A DNA stretch of 64,000 nucleotides from assembly GCA_963662545.2 (NCBI GenBank), contig CAXXLL010000002.1, positions 1,408,001-1,472,000 on the forward strand, read 5' to 3'. Under the pieces are notes generated by a model that was not told where the DNA came from, made no database searches, and was given only the letters and a program-made list of their open reading frames with translations. Positions 50,764 through 60,256 of the stretch are shown here, piece by piece. Each line of letters starts with the position of its first letter. The first letter of the stretch is position 1. Origin of the DNA: Gammaproteobacteria bacterium. GTDB taxonomy: Bacteria > Pseudomonadota > Gammaproteobacteria > Ga0077536. The position numbers were made by a program, and so were the translations under genes.

Positions 50764-52347
50764 TCAAACGGCGGCGTCTGGTAATTGATCTCGTGTTGCG
50801 GTAACGACGGCCAAGTTAGAACGCAGCGGTTGGGTAGCGAACAATGTCTTCCACACCCGAGGCGTGAGTTGTTCCACTGCGCTATCCGGATGGATCGCGA
50901 TCCTCTGGAGTACATCAACCAGGTAGGTGTACGGATTAATGCCGTGTATTCGGCAAGTACAGATCAAACTTTGTATGATCCCAACGTGTTCAGCGCCCAC
51001 CTCAGTCCAACAGAACATCCAATTCTTTCGGCCCATCGGAATGGGTCTCAGAGCGCGCTCTAAATGATTCGTGTCGATCGCGACGCTCGCATCCGATAAG
51101 TAAACACGTAACGCGCCCTCACGCTCGGCTGCATAGGCCAGCGCCTTCGTAAACGGCTGACTCGGTAATAAACCCATGCACTGGCGTTGCTCGTCAAGCC
51201 AGGCAAAAAATGCATCAACCGCAGGCAAGGCGTACCGGCTGCGGTAGGTCTGGGTCGCCGCTTCATCCATTGCCTGGTCACGGATGGTGGCCTCAACGGC
51301 ATACAGTGCCGCGATCAAATCAAGTGCCTGCGCCGCACTTTGTGGCCTATCGGATAATGCCCTTTCGAACTGACGACGCGTGTGCGCCCAGCATTGCGCA
51401 TGCACGACTTCATCGCCGCGATCGGCGGCAAAACGCGCATAAGCCGCGGCGCCATCGGTTAGTAAGGTGCCTTTAAAGTCCACCAACGTTTTGTCGATGT
51501 GCGACCGCGCCTTGGTTCGCGCAAACGTGAACGCAATCTCATCCGCTTCGCCATAAATTGGCCAATACCACGCCGCGTTCATCTTGCCCTTGCCCGAGCG
51601 ACCCGCCTTAATCGGCGTTTCATCCATCGCCAGCGTCTTCGATAACAAGATATGCCGCAACTGCGCCAGATAAATCGGCTTCAACAGGTCACTTGCCTTC
51701 TGCACCCAGTGCGTCAGACTCGACCGCGCCACGGTAATGCCGTTCAGCCCCATTCGTTGATGTTGACGGTACAGCGGCAGGTGATAAGCGAACTTATCAA
51801 CCAGCATCCCCGCAACCACACTCACATCCGCCAATGAGCCGGACCACAGACCATCGGGCGCCGGGATCGTGAAGATCTGACCGTCGCTTTTGCGCTTCAC
51901 TACCGGTTGGATGTACTTCAAGACCACATAGGCCGCCGGCCGTTGCGCTAAACGATAGGTGATCTTTTCACTGCTCGCTTCAAACGCATCCGCGACATCT
52001 TCAGGTACCGACAATTGGATGCATTCAATCGGCACCGAGTCATCGAAACGTAACCCTTGATCAGTCACACAATCATCGCCACGGCGCTTTCCTTTGCGCC
52101 GCTGATAAGTGATCGTTTCTTTCTCAACCGCCGCCGTCGATGACGACTCATCCTCGAAGCCATTGAGTAACCGTTGATCGGGATTGGGATCAATCAGCCG
52201 CCGTTCAGACTTGCGACCGAACAGTTGGCGTTTGAACCAGTCGAGTTGTTGGGTGAGTGTGGCGACCTGCGTTTTGAGGGCTGTGTTTTCCGCTTGTAAC
52301 ACCGCCGCATCAAGTGATATTTCCGGCGTTGCATAACCCCCATTCAT
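50764..52347 (-). CDS. tnpC: IS66 transposase TnpC
   Basis: LFGRKSE, HLPLYRQ, MDETP, CWAHTRR.F, IDTNHLER.LRP..GRKNW.F. Confidence 0.95.
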   Translation of the reverse strand: MNGGYATPEISLDAAVLQAENTALKTQVATLTQQLDWFKRQLFGRKSERRLIDPNPDQRLLNGFEDESSSTAAVEKETITYQRRKGKRRGDDCVTDQGLRFDDSVPIECIQLSVPEDVADAFEASSEKITYRLAQRPAAYVVLKYIQPVVKRKSDGQIFTIPAPDGLWSGSLADVSVVAGMLVDKFAYHLPLYRQHQRMGLNGITVARSSLTHWVQKASDLLKPIYLAQLRHILLSKTLAMDETPIKAGRSGKGKMNAAWYWPIYGEADEIAFTFARTKARSHIDKTLVDFKGTLLTDGAAAYARFAADRGDEVVHAQCWAHTRRQFERALSDRPQSAAQALDLIAALYAVEATIRDQAMDEAATQTYRSRYALPAVDAFFAWLDEQRQCMGLLPSQPFTKALAYAAEREGALRVYLSDASVAIDTNHLERALRPIPMGRKNWMFCWTEVGAEHVGIIQSLICTCRIHGINPYTYLVDVLQRIAIHPDSAVEQLTPRVWKTLFATQPLRSNLAVVTATRDQLPDAAV

Positions 52348-52365
52348 GGGTACGTATTGTACCGT

Positions 52366-52734
52366 TTACACTGCTGACCGTCGATCGTTTTCCGGTAATC
52401 GAAACCGTTTTAATCGACGCACTGAGCGTAGATCGATCCCTTCAATAATGCACTGCCATTCGCTGCGTTGCAGCCGCTGTTTGACCTCGCTATTCCACCG
52501 AACCTGGAACTGACCGCGTTCGAGTTTCTTACTCCACAGACAATATCCGTCCGACTCAAAGTACAGCGCTTTTAATAACGTACGCCGGCGATTGACGAAA
52601 ACGTACAGTGCCCCATCGAGGGGCTCCTCGTGTAACGCCTGCCGCACCAACGCCGATAAACCATGGAACGATTGACGCATATCAGTCGGTGCCCGACATA
52701 ACCATATACGCAAACCCGATGGGGGCGACCACAT
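52366..52734 (-). CDS. tnpB: IS66 accessory protein TnpB
   Basis: PTDMRQSFHGL, VFVNRRR..LKAL, KKLERGQF. Confidence 0.93.
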   Translation of the reverse strand: MWSPPSGLRIWLCRAPTDMRQSFHGLSALVRQALHEEPLDGALYVFVNRRRTLLKALYFESDGYCLWSKKLERGQFQVRWNSEVKQRLQRSEWQCIIEGIDLRSVRRLKRFRLPENDRRSAV

Positions 52735-53024
52735 CAGTGCCGTGACACACGTAGCACGATGTCATCACCGAGCGCTAACTCGATATCCCATTGTGCATTG
52801 GTTAATGGTTGTAACGGGGCCAACTCGACGAAACGTGTTTCCGCCTTCCCTATCTGAGCGTCCCTCGCTGACCTCGACTTCCTTTTACTGAACGTCGAAT
52901 ATCCAATTCCTCGCTCAGCACAGAATGCGCGGATCGATGAACCGCTTTGTGCCTGCTCCGCTAATAGGCCACGCCACTCATCCGCACTACGTCGTTTGTT
53001 CCGAGGTTTTCCGTGATCATTCAT
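52734..53024 (-). CDS. tnpA: IS66 accessory protein TnpA
   Basis: W..L..EQ..SG.S..AFC...GI HTH and FVEL; coupled to tnpB. Confidence 0.88.
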   Translation of the reverse strand: MNDHGKPRNKRRSADEWRGLLAEQAQSGSSIRAFCAERGIGYSTFSKRKSRSARDAQIGKAETRFVELAPLQPLTNAQWDIELALGDDIVLRVSRH

Positions 53025-54444
53025 TTACCAAGCTCCCGATTGACTGGGAAACCTGGCAAACTAAACCATCTGCCCGAGACCGTGAATAACGGCCTGGATT
53101 GACCGGTTACGCAATGCCATCCCAATGGGATTCAATCAGCTCAGCAAACTTGCGATACGGCGCCAATCGCTGCCATTTCAGACTGTCCTTCCAGCGCTCG
53201 AAAAAGGCACGCGCGCCGCGCTCGGTACGGTAGTCCCAGAGTTGGCCGAAGGTTTCCTTGAGGACGTAGGCGGTGTTCAGACGCCGGTTGGCCTGGAGCA
53301 GTTTTTTCAGGGCTCGTCTGCCATCCAGATTCAGGTTCTCGCGTCGCGAGAGCAAGGTATATCGCTGGCCTTTGATGTAACTCCTGTCCTTGCCGCGGAG
53401 ACGTTTGTATTCACGGCGCCGGACTTCATCGAGAGCCTTTGAGAGGTGGCGCATGATATGGAACTTGTCATAGATGATCCGCGCCTGCGGTGCGTTGTTC
53501 ATGACCGAGTTACGGAACGGCTTCCACATGTCCATCGCCGCCAGTTCGATGCGAGCGCTCTTGTTCTCGCCCAATGCCTGGAAAAACAGGTCGATGTCAG
53601 CCTCTTTGCGACCTTCACCACCGACCCAGATAGGACGCCCCCGATCCAGGTCACTGACGATGACCCGGTAGTTATGTCCTTTGCGGATGGAGATCTCATC
53701 AATACCGATGGCCCGGGGTGCTGGCATGCCCGCCAGCTCAACCTGCTTTTGCATGTACAGCTTATCGAGGTCTTTCACCGTGCTGTGGTGCAGGCGTTCC
53801 CTCTCGGCGACAGCCTGGTTCGGCATGTCCCGGCACAGCTTGCCCACCTGCATGGCAAAGCGCTGCGTATAGCGAGGGTTCTTTGCCAGCCAGTCAAGAT
53901 GTTCTACCTGCACGCCGCCGCACCTCCGGCAACTGACACGCCAGCGTTCGAACTCCAGGTAGATTCGCCATCCGGCAACTGACAGGTCTCGTACTCGCAG
54001 CACCTTCTTGTCGTAACGCCCGCGGCACCGGTGAGCACAGTGAGAACAGATCGCTGTTTTTTTCGCCTCTTGAGTTGGATCACACGGGCATACCGATCAC
54101 CAAACATGCCCACCAATTTCGATGCGGCGGTAAAACCAGGGAACGCAAACAGCGCTCGGATCGACTTGGGATTCTTCATGGCCTTAGCCTACCCACAAAA
54201 TGAAACCACTTTCACCCCATACGAAATCTCTGAATGTCTACATGATTTCAATGGTTTACACTTGGTCTAATTCAGAATTTACCCACATGAATCCGCGTAG
54301 ACCCAATTTAGTTAAGATTTTTATTAATTAGGCGGCAGTAATTATTAGATAAATAATTGTCTCCGCGCATACCCGACATATTAATATAATTCTGCGACCG
54401 TGGATAATTGCCATGACCCATTTTTATGATAAGTAGTTCCGAAA

Positions 54445-54780
54445 TCAGGTACCGCCCGCATAACCGGCGGTACCTGATTTGTGATCCGGCATCGCGTACC
54501 TTTCCACCAATTCTACTCCGTGCCAGCGACATAACTCCCGCAGCAACCCTCCGATGTCGCGCCGCAGTGAACCGTAAAGGCTCCGCCTCCGATACTTCGG
54601 CACAAACACCACGTGATACTTGCAGTACCATCTTACGTGAGATTGGCTTTGCCGCTCTCTCATACAGGCCACCTTCCTTTCGAATTTGGCGATTCATTGG
54701 AAGGGGGTCATTGTCTACATTTTTTGCACGACGGAACGGCAGAGCCTCTGCGAGTCTCACCGCCATAGGCGGTGGATTAC
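54445..54780 (-). mobile_element. Truncated IS200/IS605 element (Y1 transposase N-terminus and end hairpins)
   Basis: SHVRWYCKYHVVFVPKYRR...MPDH, cut at the HUH motif; hairpins CACCGCC-ATA-GGCGGTG (~54759-54775) and CAGGTACCGCC...GGCGGTACCTG (~54446-54477). Confidence 0.8.
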
Positions 54781-55021
54781 GTTAATGATTTATTCAGCGA
54801 CGTCGCGAGCAAGTCACGTGCGAGCCTGATACTAAAACGCACCTGGGTATTTTGGTTGCACATTAATCTTCATATCGCGCAAAAAATTCCAAAATAACAA
54901 TTGCAGCACGGTCGCGGTGCCGGCGGCGGTCGTACTATTCAGGAAACCATTAAGCGTCTCGTCGCCGTAACGGGGCAACGAAATCCCGACGGTGTCGAAT
55001 CCGGTTTTGAAAGATGAGGTT

Positions 55022-55735
55022 TCAATCCGGCGGTTTGATCAGTAAATCGACGCGCATCGGCGCCTCGAAATAGGCGCCGGAGGGCGTTACGTAGCGGGCA
55101 AACCTCGCCTGGACTTCGTCGTACACGTCATTCGAAAGCCGATGGTCGGTGTGGGTTGCACGGATAATACGCTCTTCGAATTCGGCGAAGTCCTTGAACG
55201 CCACGGGCGCACGAAAGAAGACCTCCGAATAGAGTTCGAACGCGCCGCGTTCCACCGCGGTCCGGATTGATTCGAACGCCGCTTCGCGGACGACCCGTTC
55301 GTCATGGAACAAGCGGATAATGTCATTAAAGGTCCCCGCGAAAATGGGCTCTGAAATATAGGCGTGGCCGCCGGGTTTGAGTACGCGGGTAATTTCCTCC
55401 AGAGCTCGCGGCATCGACCCGATGGGAACGTGGTGTAATGACTTGAACATGAACACCGCATCCGCACTCGCGTCGTCGCAATCGATTGCTTCGGCGCCGC
55501 CATAACGAAATTTAACGTTGCGCGGGTATTGGCTGTCCAGATTCTTCGCGTGTTGAATCGCGTCGACTTCAAACGCAATGATGGTTCGATCCACGCCTCC
55601 GGCTGCAATTGCGCGTGTGTGATCGGCTGCACCGCACCCGAGTTCAATCAAATGCTTGCCATCGAGATCGAGCACTTCTTCGTAGATCTCGCGGTCGCTG
55701 CAGACGCGCATAATGGATTCACTCGCGATCTGCAT
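55022..55735 (-). CDS. Class I SAM-dependent methyltransferase
   Basis: IELGCG motif I, FEVD, SLHHVP, RVLKPGG. Confidence 0.9.
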   Translation of the reverse strand: MQIASESIMRVCSDREIYEEVLDLDGKHLIELGCGAADHTRAIAAGGVDRTIIAFEVDAIQHAKNLDSQYPRNVKFRYGGAEAIDCDDASADAVFMFKSLHHVPIGSMPRALEEITRVLKPGGHAYISEPIFAGTFNDIIRLFHDERVVREAAFESIRTAVERGAFELYSEVFFRAPVAFKDFAEFEERIIRATHTDHRLSNDVYDEVQARFARYVTPSGAYFEAPMRVDLLIKPPD

Positions 55736-55748
55736 GGCCGCTAGTCTG

Positions 55749-56429
55749 CTATTTCGTTACTAGGGCTTGGATGCCGCTGTCATCCTCTTCGAGATCCTTT
55801 TCGAGTTGCTCGAAATCGATCGCTTTCGGAACCGCGATGCCGCGCTGGCAGGCCGGTCTGGCTTCGAGCCGCTCCAGCCAGGCGTTGAGGTTGCCGAGGC
55901 CGTCGATATTAGTGCCGCCCCAGAAATAAATCCTCACCCAGCACCAGTTGGCGATGTCGGCGATGCTGTATTCGTCACACAGGTAGTCACGCCCGTCGAG
56001 TTGACGATCTAGAACTTCGTACAAGCGCCGGCATTCGTTGTGATAGCGCGCGATCGCGGCGGGCAGCTTTTCCGGAAAATAGCGGTAGAAGACATTGGCC
56101 TGCCCCATCATCGGCCCGATACCGGCCATCTGGAACATGAGCCACTGGGTAACGCGGGATTCGCCTTTGTCATCCCGGGGCATCAACTGTCCGGATTTTT
56201 TCGCGAGGTAGAGCATGATCGCGCCCGATTCGAAAATTGAAATATCGTCGTTATCGCGGTCGACGATAGCCGGAATTCGGCCATTGGGGCAGAGCTTCAA
56301 GAACCAGTCTTCCTTTTGCGCACCGATCATGATGTCGACGTGATGGGTGGTGTATTCCATGCCGATCTCCTCGAGCATGACGGACACTTTCCAACCGTTG
56401 GGCGTTGAATCGGTGTATAGATCGATCAT
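55749..56429 (-). CDS. Glutathione S-transferase, YfcG/YghU (Nu class) type
   Basis: [32 protein letters not shown]. Confidence 0.93.
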   Translation of the reverse strand: MIDLYTDSTPNGWKVSVMLEEIGMEYTTHHVDIMIGAQKEDWFLKLCPNGRIPAIVDRDNDDISIFESGAIMLYLAKKSGQLMPRDDKGESRVTQWLMFQMAGIGPMMGQANVFYRYFPEKLPAAIARYHNECRRLYEVLDRQLDGRDYLCDEYSIADIANWCWVRIYFWGGTNIDGLGNLNAWLERLEARPACQRGIAVPKAIDFEQLEKDLEEDDSGIQALVTK

Positions 56430-56634
56430 CAATGTCCCCTTAGGCCTGCGTGATAAATGCTCACGGCGCATACGTGGATAATTTTGAAATAAGTTCTAGC
56501 AGTGCGCCACAGTTTAGCCCAAGATTGGCAGAGCTCACATCCCGAGCCGGGCCGCGGCGAATAAGCCCGTACGTATTACGGTACGGTTCCTATAAACTGT
56601 TCGGAACGCTCGCGCAATTGGAGAAATATCCGTC

Positions 56635-58437
56635 ATGAACAAGCCCGAAACCGCGGCGGTCACCTATGAAATGGACCCGGTATTGATGGCGGTGCTGGCC
56701 AACCGCATGAATGCCATCGTCCGTGAAATGACGAATACGCTGCTCAGGACAGCGCGTTCCGCCGTGCTCGCGGTCGTGCGTGATTTTTCATGTTCCATCG
56801 TTACTGCGGACAACCGACTGCTGTGTCCGGGGGAAGGCGTACCGGTGCACATCTTCGGCAGCAGCCTGCAAACGCAGGCTATGTGCGACATCCACGACGA
56901 CCTGGCGCCGGGTGATGCGTTTCTGCATAACGACCCGTACCTCGGCAATACGCATGCGGCCGATCACATGTACATGGTGCCGGTGTTCGTCGACGGTGTT
57001 CACCTGTTTACCACCTGCGCCAAGGCCCACCAGGCGGACTGCGGCAATTCGATTCCGAGTACCTACCACGCTTATGCCCGCGACATCTATGAAGAGGGAG
57101 CGCTGATCTTCCCCTGTGTGCGGGTGCAGAAGAACTACGAAGAAGTCGACGACATCATCCGCATGTGTCGGCGCCGTATACGCGTACCGGAACAGTGGTA
57201 CGGAGATTACCTCGCCACCATGGGTTCTGCCCGCATCGGTGAGCGGCGCTTGATGGAACTGGTGGAGCGCTACGGAGCCGATACCATCGATCAATTCATC
57301 AAGGACTGGTTCGTTTATTCCGAGCGCCGCATGATAGAAGCCATCAGTAAATTGCCCAAAAGCCGGCTCGAGAACGTGAGTGTCTACGATCCCCTTCCCC
57401 CGGTGTTGCCCACAGGTCTGCCGATCAAGGTGGTCGTCGAGATCGACCCCGACAAGGCCCGCATCACAGTCGATTTGACCGATAACGAAGACAATAAGGA
57501 CTTTGGTCTCAACGAGTCCGTGGCCTGTGCGACGAGCAACGCCATGTGCGGGGTGTTCAATTGCATCGATCCTGAAATTCCGCACAACGCGGGCAGCTTC
57601 GAGCGTATCTCCGTCAAGTTGCGAAAGGGGTGCCTCGCGGGTATTCCACAGTTTCCACACAGTTGTTCGATGGCGACGACCAATATCGCCGATCGCATCG
57701 TCAACGCAACACAAGCCGCGTTTGCACAGATTGGTGATGGCCACGGTCTGGCCGAGGGTGCCATGGGCATGGGCGCCGGCGCGGGCGTGATTTCAGGCAA
57801 GGACTGGCGCTTCGGCGATTCACCCTACATCAATCAGGAATGGCTGATCGCGAACGGGGGGCCGGGCACGCCATCTACAGACGGCTGGTTGAATTACGGC
57901 CTGCCCGTCGCCGGCGGTCTCATTTATCGGGGCAGTATCGAAGTCGAGGAGTCCAAGCATCCGATCCTGATCAAGCATCTGCGCGTGATCCCGGGCGGCG
58001 GCGGCGCGGGCCGGTTTCGCGGGGCACCCGGTGCCGACGTCGTCTACGGTCCGCGTCATGATCCGATGACCGTGGTCGCTTCGTGCGATGCGCAGCATAA
58101 TCCTCCGCAGGGAGTACGCGGCGGCAAGGCCGGTCCGCCGGCGCAAACCTACAAGATCCACAAGGACGGTGTTGAGGAGAAATTGCCGGGCGTCGTCGAA
58201 TGCCACCTCGACCCCGGAGAATGGATTCGAGGTATCGATGCCGGCGGCGGCGGGTATGGCGATCCACTGGAGCGGGATCCCGAGCGCGTTCTTAACGATG
58301 TGCTCGAACGCTGGGAAACGCTCGAGCGGGCCGAAAAAATCTACGGTGTCGTTTTCACCGGAACACCTCTCGAAGAGACCCTCGCGGTAGATGCCGCCGC
58401 GACCACCCAACGGCGCGCGCGATTGAGCTCGGCCTGA
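56635..58437 (+). CDS. Hydantoinase B / oxoprolinase family subunit
   Basis: DFSCSI, PGDAFLHNDPY.GNTH..D, KAHQADCG, EEG, GAGRFRGAPG, GGGGYGDPLERDP. Confidence 0.9.
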   Translation: MNKPETAAVTYEMDPVLMAVLANRMNAIVREMTNTLLRTARSAVLAVVRDFSCSIVTADNRLLCPGEGVPVHIFGSSLQTQAMCDIHDDLAPGDAFLHNDPYLGNTHAADHMYMVPVFVDGVHLFTTCAKAHQADCGNSIPSTYHAYARDIYEEGALIFPCVRVQKNYEEVDDIIRMCRRRIRVPEQWYGDYLATMGSARIGERRLMELVERYGADTIDQFIKDWFVYSERRMIEAISKLPKSRLENVSVYDPLPPVLPTGLPIKVVVEIDPDKARITVDLTDNEDNKDFGLNESVACATSNAMCGVFNCIDPEIPHNAGSFERISVKLRKGCLAGIPQFPHSCSMATTNIADRIVNATQAAFAQIGDGHGLAEGAMGMGAGAGVISGKDWRFGDSPYINQEWLIANGGPGTPSTDGWLNYGLPVAGGLIYRGSIEVEESKHPILIKHLRVIPGGGGAGRFRGAPGADVVYGPRHDPMTVVASCDAQHNPPQGVRGGKAGPPAQTYKIHKDGVEEKLPGVVECHLDPGEWIRGIDAGGGGYGDPLERDPERVLNDVLERWETLERAEKIYGVVFTGTPLEETLAVDAAATTQRRARLSSA

Positions 58438-58474
58438 GATCCCGCGGTATCACGCCTCGCTCGGCGTACGCGGC

Positions 58475-59242
58475 TCAATTGTCACCCGTCAAGGGGACGA
58501 ACCGGACCGGCAGGACGCTGCGACGCTCGATCGATCCGTCCTCGCCTTTGTCGATGACCACGAGTTCCTGTTGCCACGGCGCCGTGTCGACGGGTATCAC
58601 CATGCGCCCACCCGGTTTGAGCTGCTCGATCAAGGCCGCCGGGACGCGTCCTGCCGCGGTGACGACGATCGCGTCGAACGGCGCTGCGCCGGGCCAGCCG
58701 TGGTTGCCGTCGCCGGTGCGCACGGTCACGTTGTCGTAACCCAGTTTGTTCAACCGGGTGCGTGCACGCTCGGCGAGCGGGGCGACGATCTCGATGGTGT
58801 AGACCTGGCTTACCAGCTTTGCCAGAACGGCCGCCTGGTAACCGGAGCCGGTGCCGATCTCGAGCACCCGGTCGTCTCCTTCGGCGTCGATCAATTCGGT
58901 CATCAGGGCGACGATGAAGGGCTGCGAAATGGTCTGACCGTGGCCGATCGACAACGGTCGATTGATGTAGGCCACATCGCGATTCGATGGTTCAACAAAG
59001 TCGTGGCGGGGTACGGCGCGCATGGCCGCTTTCACTGCCGGGGACATGCGATCCTGGCCGGTGAGGGATCCGGTAGCGCGAAAATCCGATTCGATTTCGC
59101 GTATCAGCCGATCCTGTGACGCGTCGTGATGATCGGCGGCAAGCTCGGACATCGCGACGACCGCCATCACCAGGAATGGCAGAAGTTGCCGTGAATAACG
59201 GCGACTCGCACGGCGTCTCTGGGATAGATCATGCAGCTGCAC
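58475..59242 (-). CDS. pcm: Protein-L-isoaspartate O-methyltransferase
   Basis: VPRH.FV, IGHGQTISQP, VLEIGTGSGYQAA, APFDAIVVTAA, VRFVPL. Start uncertain; hydrophobic N-terminal extension. Confidence 0.92.
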   Translation of the reverse strand: MQLHDLSQRRRASRRYSRQLLPFLVMAVVAMSELAADHHDASQDRLIREIESDFRATGSLTGQDRMSPAVKAAMRAVPRHDFVEPSNRDVAYINRPLSIGHGQTISQPFIVALMTELIDAEGDDRVLEIGTGSGYQAAVLAKLVSQVYTIEIVAPLAERARTRLNKLGYDNVTVRTGDGNHGWPGAAPFDAIVVTAAGRVPAALIEQLKPGGRMVIPVDTAPWQQELVVIDKGEDGSIERRSVLPVRFVPLTGDN

Positions 59243-59479
59243 GCGTTACGGTCCGACTTGCAACATAGCGAAAAGATCTCCTCGATTTGCGGAACTCCGG
59301 ATCCTCCACGCCCGCTATTCCAGCGCAACAAGAACCCCGGAGTCAATCCATTGCGCTGTGATCATAGTCCCAATGCCCAATCGGGAGGGGGCAGTAATAA
59401 GCAATTTCTCTACGCGAGTGTGAACGCAAAATGTTGAAAAATAACTTCCTGGCGTTGATCAGCAGCCGGTGCCCGCGCT

Positions 59480-59508
59480 CTTGAAATAAGCGTCGATCCT
59501 ACCCATAT
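59480..59508 (+). promoter_or_regulatory. sigma32 (RpoH) heat-shock promoter
   Basis: CTTGAAA-N14-ACCCATAT directly upstream of hsp20. Confidence 0.8.
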
Positions 59509-59553
59509 AGCGGGTATCGAAACCATTCAATCCTCAAGATGGAGGTGAAACAA

Positions 59554-60000
59554 ATGCGAACCACAATTTATGAACCTTTTGCGACGATTCGGCGTTTACA
59601 AGACGAGATGAATCGGGCTTTCGGCGGTGCGTTGACGGCACCTGATGATCACTCGACTTCCGCGGTCAGCACGTGGGTGCCTGCTGTGGACGTACAAGAG
59701 TACGACGACCGCTTCGCCATCATCGCTGATGTACCGGGTGTCGATCCGAACGCCATCGAAGTCACCATGGAAAACGGCGTGTTAACCATTACCGGCGAGC
59801 GACAGTTCGAGAAGACAGAGAAAAACGGTGCGAGCGCACGTCGCGCCGAGCGGAGCTACGGCAATTTTTACCGCCGGTTTACCCTGCCGGATAGCGCGGA
59901 TGAAGATCGGATCGAGGCGCACAGCTCACACGGTGTGCTCGAGGTGACCATTCCGAAAAAGAAGCGCGTGCAGCCGAAGAAGATTAAGGTCAAGGGCTGA
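59554..60000 (+). CDS. Hsp20/alpha-crystallin small heat-shock protein
   Basis: W.PAVDV.E, ADVPGV, ERSYG.F.RRFTLP, GVLEVTIPK, C-terminal IKV; RBS GGAGGTG before ATG 59554. Confidence 0.95.
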   Translation: MRTTIYEPFATIRRLQDEMNRAFGGALTAPDDHSTSAVSTWVPAVDVQEYDDRFAIIADVPGVDPNAIEVTMENGVLTITGERQFEKTEKNGASARRAERSYGNFYRRFTLPDSADEDRIEAHSSHGVLEVTIPKKKRVQPKKIKVKG

Positions 60001-60064
60001 TACGGACTCCGCAGACGGGTGTGTAACCGTCCACCGCCGACTTTCGTCTGACATGCTCACACCT

Positions 60065-60090
60065 GAACGGGGCTGCGGCCCCGTTCCTTT
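60065..60090 (+). terminator. Probable intrinsic terminator after hsp20
   Basis: GAACGGGGC-TGCG-GCCCCGTTC stem followed by CTTT. Confidence 0.55.
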
Positions 60091-60256
60091 CGATGATGAG
60101 GCGACAACCGTCGCGTCCTTTTTCAATGGCTACTCGCCTAGACTTTCAAAAATTCACAGTTCCACACAAGAATCCGTCGTTAGCCGGTCTATACTTGCGC
60201 CGCAATCCCGCGACTGAAGACAGTGTAGCTCCCGTCGGTCCAAGAACGTGTTCGAA

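Larger units (their letters stand above)
50756..53110 (-). mobile_element. IS66-family element (2355 bp)
   Basis: TIR GTAACCGGTCAA / TTGACCGGTTAC; 8-bp TSD GCAATGCC at 50748-50755 and 53111-53118; tnpA-tnpB-tnpC gene order. Confidence 0.95.
50561..54179 (-). pseudogene. ISL3 transposase, split by IS66, with an A7 slippery site near its 5' end
   Basis: IGIDE, AMDMW, YDKFH in 53107-54003; EGVNNKIR..RRAYGYR in 50561-50755. The N-terminal ORF from 54179 joins the main frame by a -1 shift at CGAAAAAAAC (~54056-54065). Confidence 0.88.
50557..54304 (-). mobile_element. ISL3-family element (1385 bp native) carrying a nested IS66
   Basis: TIR GGGTCTACGCGGA at both ends; 8-bp AT-rich TSD AATTTAGT at 50549-50556 and 54305-54312. 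Confidence 0.93.

Noticed and set aside
35101-55312. Diverged repeat pairs as DGR template and variable repeats
   Set aside because: Mismatches involve all four bases and fall mostly at synonymous positions, not specifically at adenines; no reverse transcriptase in the window.
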